From a virus (lineage: Duplodnaviria > Caudoviricetes): a DNA stretch of 61,241 nt. Below the pieces are notes generated by a model. That model worked only from the letters and a program-made list of their open reading frames with translations. It was not told the origin of the DNA and did not search any database. The position numbers and the translations under genes were made by a program. Positions 8,911-18,980 of the stretch are shown here, piece by piece. Location of the stretch: positions 1 through 61,241 of IMG/VR virus record IMGVR_UViG_3300028809_000014. The stretch is one strand, 5' to 3'. How positions within the stretch are numbered: position 1 is the first letter of the stretch; each line of letters starts with the position of its first letter.

Positions 8911-10531
8911 AGAGATCCGGCGTCAACTCGCTGGCGTCAAGCTCAGTAGAGATGAGATGCACGAAGAGCAGGAACTGATGCTCGACTTCCTGCACAAGAC
9001 GCCCTATGCGGCCTTGTTCGCCGAGATGGGCGTTGGCAAGACCATCACTGCGTTGACCCTGGCCGTGGACCTGCTGAATTGCTTTGAGGTCAAGCGCGTG
9101 TTGATCATTGGTCCGTTGAAGGTGGCGTGCGACACGTGGCCGAAAGAGATCGCCATGTGGGACCACACGGCGCCCTTCCGCTTCACGCTTCTGCGTGAGG
9201 ACGACGACGATCCGCGTCTTGCCAAGGCTCGTGCTCGCGCGCGGGCGTTCGGCATGACCGAGGGGTTGAGTCGTGAAGACACCGACCGTATGACGGCTCG
9301 CGCCGAGACGCAAGAGCGCGAACGCATCCGCAAGGATCTTGCCAACACGAAAACGCAGATCCACGTCATCAACCGCGAAGCCGTTACGTGGCTGGTCAAT
9401 CACCATCAGGGCAAATGGCCCTATGACTTGGTGATCATCGACGAGTCGAGCAGCTTCAAGGATCACGCGGCCGACCGCTTCAAGGCTCTGGCGAAGGTGC
9501 GCAAGTACCCGCACCTTATGAAGCGTGTGATCGAGTTGACGGCGACGCCCACGGCCGAGGGTTACATGGGCCTGTGGGCGCAGATGTTCTTGCTGGATCG
9601 CGGCGAACGCCTCGGCAAGAACATCACGGCCTATCGCAAGAGCTACTTCAGCTTCAACCGGTGGTCAAAGCAGTTCGAGATCCGTCCGGGGGCCGAAGAG
9701 AAGATTCTGAAGAAGATCGCGGACATCACCATGATCGTGCGCGCGCGCGACTACGGCAAAGAGCACGTGCCCAAGGTCATCGACCGCAAGTTGACCTTGA
9801 GTCAGCGTGTGATGGGGCAATACGCGACCTTGCAAGACGAATTCGTGTTGCAACTGCCGGATGGCGAGTCGGTATCGGCAGACACGGCCGTGGCGTTGTC
9901 GTCGAAGCTGCTGCAACTTGCCTCGGGCTTTGTCTACGACACCAAGTTGTTGATGGACTGGGACACGGAAGACATCAAGCTCGTCAAGAAGGTGCATCAC
10001 ATTCATGACGAGAAGGTCGCGATGCTCAAGGAAATGGTCGAGGCGTTGCAGGGCAAGCCCGTGCTCATCGCTTACCACTTCAAGCCGTCGCTCGTGCGCT
10101 TGCTCAAGGCGTTCCCTGGCGCCGTGGTCATGGACCCCAAAGGGAAGTGCATCACCAAATGGAACAAGGGGAAGATCCCGATCCTGCTCGTGCACCCGCA
10201 GTCGGCGGGCCACGGGCTCAACCTTCAGCACGGTGGGCACAACATCATCATGTACGACATGCCCTGGTCGCTGGAGAACTACAAGCAGTTGATCGGACGC
10301 CTTGCGCGTCAAGGCCAGAAGTTCGAGGTGATCGTGCAGCGGTTGATCTGCGAAGGCACCATGGATGAAGTAGTCGCCAAGAGCCTGGACAAGAAGGACG
10401 CAACGCAAGAGGACATGTTCCGCATGCTGCGTGCGTACATCAAGGCTCGCCGCAAGATGATGGCGTTGGTGGGCCAGCCGCTGACCAAGCTCGATGTCGA
10501 GATGGACCTCGCCCTGGCTGACGAATTTTGA
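8891..10531 (+). CDS. SNF2-family (SF2) helicase
   Basis: EMGVGKT, DESS, LTATP, SAGHGLNLQ, Q..GRLARQGQ; RBS AGGA before ATG 8891. Confidence 0.9.
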   Translation: MSKTLSKEIRRQLAGVKLSRDEMHEEQELMLDFLHKTPYAALFAEMGVGKTITALTLAVDLLNCFEVKRVLIIGPLKVACDTWPKEIAMWDHTAPFRFTLLREDDDDPRLAKARARARAFGMTEGLSREDTDRMTARAETQERERIRKDLANTKTQIHVINREAVTWLVNHHQGKWPYDLVIIDESSSFKDHAADRFKALAKVRKYPHLMKRVIELTATPTAEGYMGLWAQMFLLDRGERLGKNITAYRKSYFSFNRWSKQFEIRPGAEEKILKKIADITMIVRARDYGKEHVPKVIDRKLTLSQRVMGQYATLQDEFVLQLPDGESVSADTAVALSSKLLQLASGFVYDTKLLMDWDTEDIKLVKKVHHIHDEKVAMLKEMVEALQGKPVLIAYHFKPSLVRLLKAFPGAVVMDPKGKCITKWNKGKIPILLVHPQSAGHGLNLQHGGHNIIMYDMPWSLENYKQLIGRLARQGQKFEVIVQRLICEGTMDEVVAKSLDKKDATQEDMFRMLRAYIKARRKMMALVGQPLTKLDVEMDLALADEF

Positions 10532-10575
10532 GCCGTGCTAGTATGTGTGCGTCGTGAATATTCACGGTGCACATA

Positions 10576-10811
10576 TGCGACAAGCCAAACCATCCAGCAA
10601 TAAGCAACTGCTTGAGTTCGAGCGGCGTACAGCCTTGGGGCCAACGTATGCCGCTCGTTTGCTTTGCGTCGCGTATGTCACATACGCTCAGTACCGCAAC
10701 GGCAGTCGGGTTCTCCCTCCATACTGCGAGGGCCACATGCGGCACCTCCTTCGCATCCCCGACAAACTCCTGCGCACGATCATCGAAGAGGAACTCTATG
10801 GCAACCGGTAA
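10576..10811 (+). CDS. Small HTH protein upstream of terminase
   Basis: LGPTYAARLLCVAYVTYAQYRNG HTH-like pattern; start uncertain. Confidence 0.6.
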
Positions 10812-11415
10812 GCTGAACAACTCGCGCTCGCTCGACCCCGTGAGTCGCGCCATGCTCTATGAGGGCGTGACGCAAGGGCAGATGTGCATTCTGTTCCGCA
10901 TCGATCAGCGTAACCTCGCACGCAAGATCCACCGATGCCAGCCCGTGGGTGAACGCTCGGGCACGCCGATTTACGACTTGGCTGAGTGTGCGGCCTACCT
11001 CATCAAGCCGGCCTACGACATCGAGGCGTACATCAAGCGGATGCACTCGAACGAGTTGCCAAAGCACCTGAGCAAAGAATACTGGGCAGGCAAGCGTTCA
11101 CAGCAGGAGTACGAACTGAAGGCCGGCGACCTGTGGCCGACCGCCAAGGTGCTGGAGAAAGTCGGCGAACTCTTCAAGCTGGTCCGCATGTCGGCACTGC
11201 TCACCGTGGACAACATCGAGCGCAACAACGAACTGACCGACAAGCAGCGCGCCTTGATGAGCAGCCTGATGTACGCGATGCTCGACGAACTGCGCAAGTC
11301 CATTCAGAAGGAGTTCGCCGGCCCTGACGAAAAGCCTGTCGAACTGGATCTGAGTACGCAGATGCCCGATGAATCTGAAGAGGATGACGGTGATGAAGAA
11401 GAAGCCGAGTTCTAA
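10798..11415 (+). CDS. terS: Terminase small subunit (DUF1441-like)
   Basis: Winged-HTH-like N-terminus (PIYDLAE), KEYW..K.....Y...AGDLW; RBS GAGGA; directly upstream of TerL. Confidence 0.8.
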   Translation: MATGKLNNSRSLDPVSRAMLYEGVTQGQMCILFRIDQRNLARKIHRCQPVGERSGTPIYDLAECAAYLIKPAYDIEAYIKRMHSNELPKHLSKEYWAGKRSQQEYELKAGDLWPTAKVLEKVGELFKLVRMSALLTVDNIERNNELTDKQRALMSSLMYAMLDELRKSIQKEFAGPDEKPVELDLSTQMPDESEEDDGDEEEAEF

Positions 11416-13492
11416 GAAATACGCGTCGCTCAATTCGATCTTCGTTGATCTGGCTGAGATGCTTCAGCCGCCAGAACAGATCAGCGTTTCTCAAGCGGCC
11501 GAGCGATATCGCAAACTGAACAATCCGGGCTCGTACACGGGCGATTGGAAGAACTCCATGGTGCCGCCGATGGTGGAGCCGATGGACATGATGATTTCGC
11601 GCAATCACGAAGGCGTGATCTTCGTCGCGCCCGCTCAGACCGGTAAGACGGACTCGCTCGTGGTCAACACCCTCGTGTACCACATCAAGGTCAACCCGAT
11701 GGACGTGATGCTTGTGTGCCCCACGCAGATCGACGCACGTGACTTCTCTTTCCGGCGTATCGACCGCCTGCACCGCCACAGCACGGAAGTCGGCGACATG
11801 TTGATGCCGGGTTCGTCGGGCGATAACGTCTACGACAAGCACTACCGCAACGGCATGCTGTTCACGCTCGGCTGGCCGACGGCCTCACAACTCGCGGGTA
11901 AGCCGATTCCGATCATGCTGCTTACCGACCGTGACCGCATGGACGACGACGTTGAAGGCGACGGCGAGCCCTACGACCTTTCGGCGAAGCGGACCACAAC
12001 CTTCGGCAGCTATGCGATGACGATGGCCGAGTCGTCGCCGTCTAAGCCCATCACGGACCTGAAGTACATCTGCAAGGGTCATGAGGCGCCGCCAAGCGAA
12101 GGCATCCTCAAGCTCTACAACCGTGGCGACCGCCGCCGCTGGCACTGGCCGTGCCCTTTCTGCAATCAATACTTCGAGGGCAACTTCACCGATCTTGAGT
12201 GGGACAACGACATGATCGGCACGAACCACGAGAAGGCCAGCACCGTGCGCATGGTGTGTCCGCACTGCAAGGAGCGGATCGCCCCTGACTACCGAGAAGA
12301 GATGCAGTCGTGGGGCCAGTGGCTGAAGGACGGCCAGAAGATCGACAGCAAGGGGCGCGTAACCGGCCCTGAGCCAAAGACGCGCATCGCGTCGTTCTGG
12401 CTGAACGGCGTGGCCGCTGCATTTACGTCCTGGCGCAAGCTGGTGTCGGTCTATCTCGATGCCTACGACGAGTTCAACCGCACGGGCTCGGAAGAAGCGC
12501 TGCGCAAGTTCTACAACACCGACTTGGGCGAACCTTACTATCCGCAGTCGTTCTCCGAGGATGATCGCAAGCCCGAGGTGATCCGCTCGCGCGCCGATAA
12601 GTTGCTCGGGCAACACCTCGTGCCGCCTGGAACGAACTTCCTGATCGCCACCATCGACACGCAGACCAACAAGTGGGTCGTGCAGGTGTTTGCGATTCGC
12701 GGCGGTGAGCGCTTCGACATGGTTGTCATCGACCGGTTCGACATCAAGTATTCGGCGCGGCTCAACGAGAACGACGAACGCCACTGGGTGAAGCCGCACA
12801 AGGAGCTTGAGGACTGGGACCAGATCACCGAGCAGGTCATCAAGAAACGCTACGTGCTCGACGAGCCCGATAACAAGGGTCAGCGCCGCACGATGGGCAT
12901 CTGGTACACCACGTGTGACTCCGGTGGCCGTAAGGGTGTGGCGACCATGGCCTACAACTACTATCGCCGGCTGCGCGCGCAGAACATGCATCGCAACTTC
13001 ATGTTGCTGCGTGGCGATCACGGCTTGAACCTGCCGCGCACTCGCATCGGTTACCCGGACTCGAATCAGAAGGGCTTGCTCGCTGGCGCGCGCGGCGACA
13101 TTCCCGTGCTGTTTCTGAACTCGAATCAGTTGAAGGACGACTTGAACAGTCGCCTTGGTTGTCTGACCCCGGGCATGGGTATGTACATCACCCCAACATG
13201 GTTGCCCGACAACTTCTACACCGAGCTTTGCGCCGAGATCCGCACGCCGAAGGGTTGGGAGAACCCGAACGACGCTCGTAATGAATCAACCGACTTGAGC
13301 TATTACTGCATCGGCGTTTGCGTGTCCGAGATCATCTCCATCGAGCGCATCAACTGGGAAAATCCGCCCGCCTGGGCGAGCGCCGATTGGGACGTGAACC
13401 TGAGCGTCGCCATTGATGAAGAAGACGGTCGATTTGCTCCTAATCTACAATCCCGCTACGATTTTGCCGCCGCTGGCAAGGCTCTTGCTTAA
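11393..13492 (+). CDS. terL: Terminase large subunit (lambda GpA-like)
   Basis: Walker A APAQTGKT, KRTTTF, ESSP, GDRRRW..PCPFC/CPHC, NT.LGEPY, DSGG, RNESTD; start could be 11369-11393. Confidence 0.93.
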   Translation: MKKKPSSKKYASLNSIFVDLAEMLQPPEQISVSQAAERYRKLNNPGSYTGDWKNSMVPPMVEPMDMMISRNHEGVIFVAPAQTGKTDSLVVNTLVYHIKVNPMDVMLVCPTQIDARDFSFRRIDRLHRHSTEVGDMLMPGSSGDNVYDKHYRNGMLFTLGWPTASQLAGKPIPIMLLTDRDRMDDDVEGDGEPYDLSAKRTTTFGSYAMTMAESSPSKPITDLKYICKGHEAPPSEGILKLYNRGDRRRWHWPCPFCNQYFEGNFTDLEWDNDMIGTNHEKASTVRMVCPHCKERIAPDYREEMQSWGQWLKDGQKIDSKGRVTGPEPKTRIASFWLNGVAAAFTSWRKLVSVYLDAYDEFNRTGSEEALRKFYNTDLGEPYYPQSFSEDDRKPEVIRSRADKLLGQHLVPPGTNFLIATIDTQTNKWVVQVFAIRGGERFDMVVIDRFDIKYSARLNENDERHWVKPHKELEDWDQITEQVIKKRYVLDEPDNKGQRRTMGIWYTTCDSGGRKGVATMAYNYYRRLRAQNMHRNFMLLRGDHGLNLPRTRIGYPDSNQKGLLAGARGDIPVLFLNSNQLKDDLNSRLGCLTPGMGMYITPTWLPDNFYTELCAEIRTPKGWENPNDARNESTDLSYYCIGVCVSEIISIERINWENPPAWASADWDVNLSVAIDEEDGRFAPNLQSRYDFAAAGKALA

Positions 13493-13506
13493 AAGGACTC
13501 ACTCAC

Positions 13507-13761
13507 ATGGCCTGCACTCCCGAAAAATGCGCGAAGCTCGAAGCCGATTTGGCTGACGCTCTGGCCGCTCTTCACAAGATCAACACGGGCGGTTCGGCCC
13601 GTGTTGTCGTTGATCAGAACGGTGAGCGTGTCGAGTTCACTGCTGTGAATCTCAACGGCTTGCGCAGCTACATCAACTCGTTGAATGCGCAACTTGTGGC
13701 GTGCGGTTGCCCCGGGCACTCGCTACCCACGCCCAGCGGCCCGGCGATGTTCATCTTCTGA
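13507..13761 (+). CDS. Head-tail joining protein (gpW-like)
   Basis: ALHKINTGG....VDQNGERVEFT..N...LRSYI; between TerL and portal. Confidence 0.8.
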   Translation: MACTPEKCAKLEADLADALAALHKINTGGSARVVVDQNGERVEFTAVNLNGLRSYINSLNAQLVACGCPGHSLPTPSGPAMFIF

Positions 13762-13769
13762 GGCACACC

Positions 13770-15398
13770 ATGGCAAAACCACCCAAGATCACCACGGCCA
13801 TCGAGCCGACCAAGGAACTCGCGCTATCCGGTGGCGGCGGTATCGAAGGTGCCGAGCGCACGAGCCGAGAGTTGCTTCGCTGGACGCCCGCGATCATTGG
13901 CCCCGATCAGCAGATCAGCCCGATCAAGGACATGGCCGACGCGCGCGGGCGCGACATGCTCCAGAACGATGGCTACGCCCTTGGCGCGAACTACACCCAC
14001 CGCGACAGCATCGTTGGCGGCGAGTACCGTTTGAACGCACAGCCCGACTTCCTGGCTCTCGGTGCTGACGAGGACTGGGCTGACGAGTTTCAAGAGATCG
14101 TCGAGAGTCGCTTCAACCTCGTGGCGAACAGCACGAAGAACTGGTTGGACGCGGCGGGCTCGACGAACTTCACCGGTCAGATCCGCCTAGGTGTCGGCTG
14201 CTTCATGATGACCGGTGAGGTGTTGGCAACGTCCGAGTGGATGCGCTCGGATCTTCGTCGCCCCTGCAAGACGGCCATTCAGATGATCGCCCCCGCACGA
14301 CTGAGCAATCCGTCGGGTGAGGCCGATACCTTCTATCGTCGTCGCGGTGTGCAGCGTGATCGTTTCGGCAAGCCGCTGGGCTATCACATTCGCTCGCGCT
14401 TCCCGAGCATGGGCTACTTCGATGGCCCGGACCCTTACGTCTGGAACTACGTGCCCGCGACGAAGCCGTGGGGCCGCCAGATGGTGATCCACATCGTCGA
14501 GGCTCTTCAGCCGGACCAGACGCGCGGGATCTCCGACATGGTGTCGGTGCTGAAGAACATGCGCATGACGCAGAAGTTCCAAGACGTGGTGCTGCAAAAC
14601 GCCGTCGTTAATGCGACCTACGCGGCGGCCATCGAATCCGAACTGCCGCGTGAACTGGTCTTCGGTTCGATGGGCGCGGGTCAAGGTGCTGCCGGCCTCA
14701 ACGAGATGATCCAGGCCTACATGACTGGCCTTGGCGAGTTCCTCGAAGGCTCGACAAACATCAAGCTCGACGGCGTGAAGATGCCGCACCTCTATCCGGG
14801 CACCAAGCTGACGATGAAGCCGGCCGGCACGCCGGGCGGTGTCGGCACGGACTTCGAGCAATCCCTGCTGCGCCACACGGCCGCTGCGCTCGGTCTGAGC
14901 TACGAGCAGTTCTCTCGCGACTACACCAAGACGAACTACTCGTCGGCGCGTGCATCTATGGCTGAGACGTGGAAGTACATGAGCGCGCGCAAGAAGATGG
15001 TGGCCGACCGTCTCGCCAACAGCATTTACATGCTGTGGCTGGAGGAAGAACTGAACAACGGCAACGTGCCGCTGCCTCCTGGGCTGTCGGTGGCTGACCT
15101 GTACCGTGATCCGCTGAAGCTCGAAGCGCTGTGCGCCTGCGACTGGATCGGCGCCTCGCGCGGCCAGATCGACGAACTGAAGGAAACGCAGGCGGCAGTG
15201 ATGCGGATCAAGTCCGGCCTGTCCACCTACGAAGCCGAGAACTCGCGACTGGGCCAAGACTGGCGTCGCGTGTTCCGTCAGCGCAAGCGCGAGCAGAAGC
15301 TGATCGACGAGTACGGCCTGGAGTTCGACACGGCCGCCACCAAGCCGGGCGTCAATGACGCTCAAAACACCATGCGTAATGCAGGAGAAGAACAATGA
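13770..15398 (+). CDS. Portal protein (lambda family)
   Basis: ARGRD..QND, GVQRDRFGKPLGY, QTRGIS, SYEQFSRDY..TNYSSARAS, IDELKE. Confidence 0.92.
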   Translation: MAKPPKITTAIEPTKELALSGGGGIEGAERTSRELLRWTPAIIGPDQQISPIKDMADARGRDMLQNDGYALGANYTHRDSIVGGEYRLNAQPDFLALGADEDWADEFQEIVESRFNLVANSTKNWLDAAGSTNFTGQIRLGVGCFMMTGEVLATSEWMRSDLRRPCKTAIQMIAPARLSNPSGEADTFYRRRGVQRDRFGKPLGYHIRSRFPSMGYFDGPDPYVWNYVPATKPWGRQMVIHIVEALQPDQTRGISDMVSVLKNMRMTQKFQDVVLQNAVVNATYAAAIESELPRELVFGSMGAGQGAAGLNEMIQAYMTGLGEFLEGSTNIKLDGVKMPHLYPGTKLTMKPAGTPGGVGTDFEQSLLRHTAAALGLSYEQFSRDYTKTNYSSARASMAETWKYMSARKKMVADRLANSIYMLWLEEELNNGNVPLPPGLSVADLYRDPLKLEALCACDWIGASRGQIDELKETQAAVMRIKSGLSTYEAENSRLGQDWRRVFRQRKREQKLIDEYGLEFDTAATKPGVNDAQNTMRNAGEEQ

Positions 15399-16777
15399 GT
15401 GATATCGCAGCCCGCGCAGCTTTGACGCGTATGAACCTGCGCGAGATCGCGCTGTCGCCGCTCTACTCGGGCACCGCCCTGGCCGCTGACATCGCCTACA
15501 TGGCGAAGACCGACCCGGACGAGGCACAGACCAAGTTCCTGAAGAACCGCGCCGAGCACTGCGCGGCTTTCGGTCTCGACGGCCGCGATCAGGACAAGCC
15601 GTTTGCCTTTGCGGCCGGCCTCGCGATCATCCCGGTGACGGGCACGCTCGTGAATCGCTTCAGTTGGTCCTACGGCTCGATCACCGGCTACAACTTCATT
15701 CGTTCACAACTGCGGATGGCCCTGGCCGACGAGGACGTGACCGGCATCGTGTTCGACGTGAACAGCTACGGCGGCGAGGCGGCGGGTTGCTTCGAGCTTG
15801 CCGACGAGATCTACGCAGCGCGTTCCGAGAAGCCGTCCCTGGCCGTGGTGGACTCGAATGCCTACAGCGCTGGTTATGCCGTCGGCTCGGCGGCTTCGCG
15901 CATGGTCGTGATCCCCAGCGCGGGCGTCGGCTCCATCGGTGTGATCGCAATGCACATCGACATGAGCAAGATGCTGGAGGACTGGGGCCTGAAGATCAGC
16001 CTCATCTTCGAGGGCGCCAACAAGGCCGACGGCAACCCCTTCGAGGCCCTATCGGACGACGCTCGCAAGAACATCAAAGCGGGCATCCACACCTCCTATG
16101 AATCCTTCGTTTCTCTGGTCGCTAAACAGCGAGCAGTGGACGCAAAGGTTGTGCGTGAGACACAATCACGCGGTTTTCGGGCTGAAGAGGCTCTGTCTCT
16201 CGGCCTTATCGACGCTATTGCATCGCCCTCAGAAGCGGTGCAAGCGTTCCTCGGCGAGCTTTCCGGCTCGACTCTTAAACTTGAAATGAAGGAAGTCACT
16301 ATGACTGCAACCACCGCGCCGGCCGCCACCACCGAGGCCCAAGCGACCCAAGCCGCCGCTGATCAAGCACGCGTTGAAGAACGCGCCCGCGTGACCGGCA
16401 TCCTCAACTGCGAACACGCCCAGGCAAACCCGAAGCTGGCAAACCACTTCGCGTTCAACACGTCGATGTCCGTGGCCGATGCGACCGCCGCCCTGGCTGC
16501 TGCTGCCCCCGAGAAGGCTGCAACGCCGGCCACGCCCGCCGCCCCGGCTACCGGCGCTGCTGCTGCTGCTCCTGCCGCATCGACCCGTGCTTCGACCGAG
16601 AACGCCAACAACTTCAACGCGGCCATGGCCGGCACGCAGAACCCCAACGTGGGCGCTGACGGCGGCGGTGAAGGCGGCGGCGAGGGCGGCGGTCAGCAGA
16701 TGACCGCAGGCCAGCGCGCCGCCGCTGCCCATCGCTTGGCGACGGGCTCGGACATGGCCGCCAACGCGAAGAAGTGA
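15395..16777 (+). CDS. Prohead protease (S49 family) with C-terminal scaffold
   Basis: DVNSYGGE, AYSAGY..GSAA, VGSIGV, GLID; Ala-rich C-terminal region. Confidence 0.9.
   Translation: MSDIAARAALTRMNLREIALSPLYSGTALAADIAYMAKTDPDEAQTKFLKNRAEHCAAFGLDGRDQDKPFAFAAGLAIIPVTGTLVNRFSWSYGSITGYNFIRSQLRMALADEDVTGIVFDVNSYGGEAAGCFELADEIYAARSEKPSLAVVDSNAYSAGYAVGSAASRMVVIPSAGVGSIGVIAMHIDMSKMLEDWGLKISLIFEGANKADGNPFEALSDDARKNIKAGIHTSYESFVSLVAKQRAVDAKVVRETQSRGFRAEEALSLGLIDAIASPSEAVQAFLGELSGSTLKLEMKEVTMTATTAPAATTEAQATQAAADQARVEERARVTGILNCEHAQANPKLANHFAFNTSMSVADATAALAAAAPEKAATPATPAAPATGAAAAAPAASTRASTENANNFNAAMAGTQNPNVGADGGGEGGGEGGGQQMTAGQRAAAAHRLATGSDMAANAKK
16301..16777 (+). CDS. Nested in-frame scaffolding protein (lambda Nu3-like)
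   Basis: Internal RBS AAGGAAG before in-frame ATG 16301; ERARVTGIL scaffold-type motif. Confidence 0.6.
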   Translation: MTATTAPAATTEAQATQAAADQARVEERARVTGILNCEHAQANPKLANHFAFNTSMSVADATAALAAAAPEKAATPATPAAPATGAAAAAPAASTRASTENANNFNAAMAGTQNPNVGADGGGEGGGEGGGQQMTAGQRAAAAHRLATGSDMAANAKK

Positions 16778-16819
16778 TAATCGCGCGGTCCCAACCTTTT
16801 CAACTTCAGGAGAAACGAC

Positions 16820-17191
16820 ATGGCAGTCAACGATCTCGCAGGTAGCGCCCTCGAAGGCACCTACACCCCCGAGCAGCTTTACGCCGGTGAAGCGCCCATC
16901 ATCACGGGCGCGGCCAAGGCCACCACCGACATCAGCAAGTACGAAGTGGTCAAGAAGTCCACGACGACCGGCACCGTGGCCCGTGTGGCGACCGTCGGCT
17001 CCGACCTGGGCCAGGACTACGTGATCGCCGCGCAGCCCAGCGCCAACGGCAAGGACACGCCCTACTTCGACGCCGGCTTCTTCAACCACGCTGTGCTCAT
17101 CTGGCCGTCGGATCTCGACACGCTGGTCAAGCGCCAAGCGTTCTTCCGTGGTACCACCATCCGCGTCGGCGCCATCGTGCCCGGCCACTGA
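16820..17191 (+). CDS. Head decoration protein (gpD-like)
   Basis: LYAGEAPIIT, Y..GFFNH..L.WP; between protease and capsid. Confidence 0.8.
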   Translation: MAVNDLAGSALEGTYTPEQLYAGEAPIITGAAKATTDISKYEVVKKSTTTGTVARVATVGSDLGQDYVIAAQPSANGKDTPYFDAGFFNHAVLIWPSDLDTLVKRQAFFRGTTIRVGAIVPGH

Positions 17192-17245
17192 TCGGCGGCT
17201 CCTTCAACTCACAACAACTTTCCCGCAACTTCACGGAGTCACACC

Positions 17246-18304
17246 ATGGCAATGGATCTCTACAGCACCGCAGACATGCTCGACGTTCTGCGTTACACGC
17301 GCCAGCCCACCCGCTGGTTCCTCGACCGCTTCTTCCCGCGCGCGATCAACTTCACCACCGAGCAGATCTTCTTCGACCGCGTGTTCGACGACAACCGCCT
17401 GATGGCTCCGTTCGTCGTGCCGAACGTGCAGGGTCGTGTGCTCGGCATGACCGGCTACGACAGCGTGTCGTTCAAGCCGGCCTACGTGAAGCCGAAGTAC
17501 GTGGTCGATCCCAACATGGTGCTGCCGCGTCGTGCTGGCGAGACCCCGTTCACCGGCACCCTGTCGCCGCAACAGCGCAAGGATGCGGTCATGGCCGAAC
17601 TCACGCAGAAGGGCCGCGACGCCATCGCCAACCGAAACGAATGGCTCGGCGCACAGGCGCTGCAATACGGTCAAGTCACCATCGTCGGCGAGGACTACCC
17701 CTCGACGCTGGTGGACTTCCGTCGTGACGCATCGCTCACCAGCGTGCTGACCGGCGCGGCCCGCTGGAGCCAAGCGACCTCCGACCCGGATGCGAACCTG
17801 CGCTTCATGCGCAATCGCTCGAACATCCTGTCGGGCTCGCGCATCACCGACTACGTGTTCGGCCAGGACGCCTGGGAGAAGTACACCAGCCGCGTGAACG
17901 TGCGTGACCAGATGGACAAGCGCTACGACGGCTACGACTCGCGCGTGTCGATGGTGCTGGACGGCTACGAGGGCGTCGAGTACGTCGGCCGCCTGGGTGG
18001 CCTGGACGGCAAGGGCAAGATGGACATCTGGATTCACACGGGCAAGCTGATCGACCCCGTGGACAACACCGAGAAGTTCATCTTCGACCAGAACTCGGTG
18101 ATGGGCGTGTCGGCACAGACCGTTCAAGGTGTGCGCTGCTTCGGCGCCATCAAGGACTTCGACGCGAACCTCCAGGCGCTGGAGATCTTCGCGAAGAACT
18201 GGCGCAACGAAGACCCGAGCGTCGAGTACATCCTGATGCAGTCGGCGCCGCTGATGATCCCGAAGCAGCCCAACGGCACCTTCCTGATCGACACGGGCAC
18301 CTGA
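17246..18304 (+). CDS. Major capsid protein (lambda gpE-like)
   Basis: FLDRFFP, MAPFV.P, FKPAYVKPK, EWLGAQAL, DPSVEYILMQSAPL. Confidence 0.92.
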   Translation: MAMDLYSTADMLDVLRYTRQPTRWFLDRFFPRAINFTTEQIFFDRVFDDNRLMAPFVVPNVQGRVLGMTGYDSVSFKPAYVKPKYVVDPNMVLPRRAGETPFTGTLSPQQRKDAVMAELTQKGRDAIANRNEWLGAQALQYGQVTIVGEDYPSTLVDFRRDASLTSVLTGAARWSQATSDPDANLRFMRNRSNILSGSRITDYVFGQDAWEKYTSRVNVRDQMDKRYDGYDSRVSMVLDGYEGVEYVGRLGGLDGKGKMDIWIHTGKLIDPVDNTEKFIFDQNSVMGVSAQTVQGVRCFGAIKDFDANLQALEIFAKNWRNEDPSVEYILMQSAPLMIPKQPNGTFLIDTGT

Positions 18305-18320
18305 TCGTTTCACCCCGCAA

Positions 18321-18348
18321 GGCCCGAGCAATCCCGCTCGGGTCTTTT
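18321..18348 (+). terminator. Terminator after capsid gene
   Basis: GGCCCGAGC/GCTCGGGTC stem then TTTT. Confidence 0.65.
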
Positions 18349-18372
18349 CAACTTTCAAAGGAGATCCACAAC

Positions 18373-18624
18373 ATGTCCAAGACCCAATCGACCGGCGCCT
18401 CCACTCGCACCGTCAGCCGCGTCCCCCGCTGCACCGTCGTCATCGTGCGTGACGGCAAGCAAGTCGTGCCCGAAGTCGGCAAGGCTTTCGACTTCACGGC
18501 CCAGGAAGTGGCCGACATCGAGAAGTCCTCGGTCAAGGCGCTGTATCCCACCGAAGGCGCGAGCGCGGGTTCGCTGACCTCCGTGGACGACGGCCGCTCG
18601 GTCTCGACCGACAGCGAGATCTAA
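18373..18624 (+). CDS. Hypothetical protein (post-capsid position)
   Basis: RBS AAGGAG; synteny with lambda FI position. Confidence 0.7.
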   Translation: MSKTQSTGASTRTVSRVPRCTVVIVRDGKQVVPEVGKAFDFTAQEVADIEKSSVKALYPTEGASAGSLTSVDDGRSVSTDSEI

Positions 18625-18629
18625 TCGCA

Positions 18630-18980
18630 ATGGCTGCATTCGACTTTGCAGCCGCTAAAGCGTCGGTTCGCCGCGTGGTGCAAGACACCCTCGGCGTTCC
18701 GGCGCTTTACCGCGAGAGCGATATGGCCGATATCCCGGTTGGTCTCACCGCACGCTGGCACAACAAGATTGACCGCTTCGGCGACATCGAGAACCAGGGA
18801 TATGCGGAGTTCATCCAGGGTATCGACCGAATCGTTCTTATCCCTTCCGACACCCCCGCGCTCGTGTTCAAGAAAGACGTGCTCATCGAGTTCCCGGCCT
18901 ACGGCAAAGTCTTCAGCCTTCAGGTGAAGGAGAAGAGCAGCGGCCCACTCGAAGAGATCTGGCAAGTCGCAGAGCTATGA
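18630..18980 (+). CDS. Head-tail joining protein (FII-like)
   Basis: Synteny; beta-rich 116 aa. Confidence 0.6.
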   Translation: MAAFDFAAAKASVRRVVQDTLGVPALYRESDMADIPVGLTARWHNKIDRFGDIENQGYAEFIQGIDRIVLIPSDTPALVFKKDVLIEFPAYGKVFSLQVKEKSSGPLEEIWQVAEL

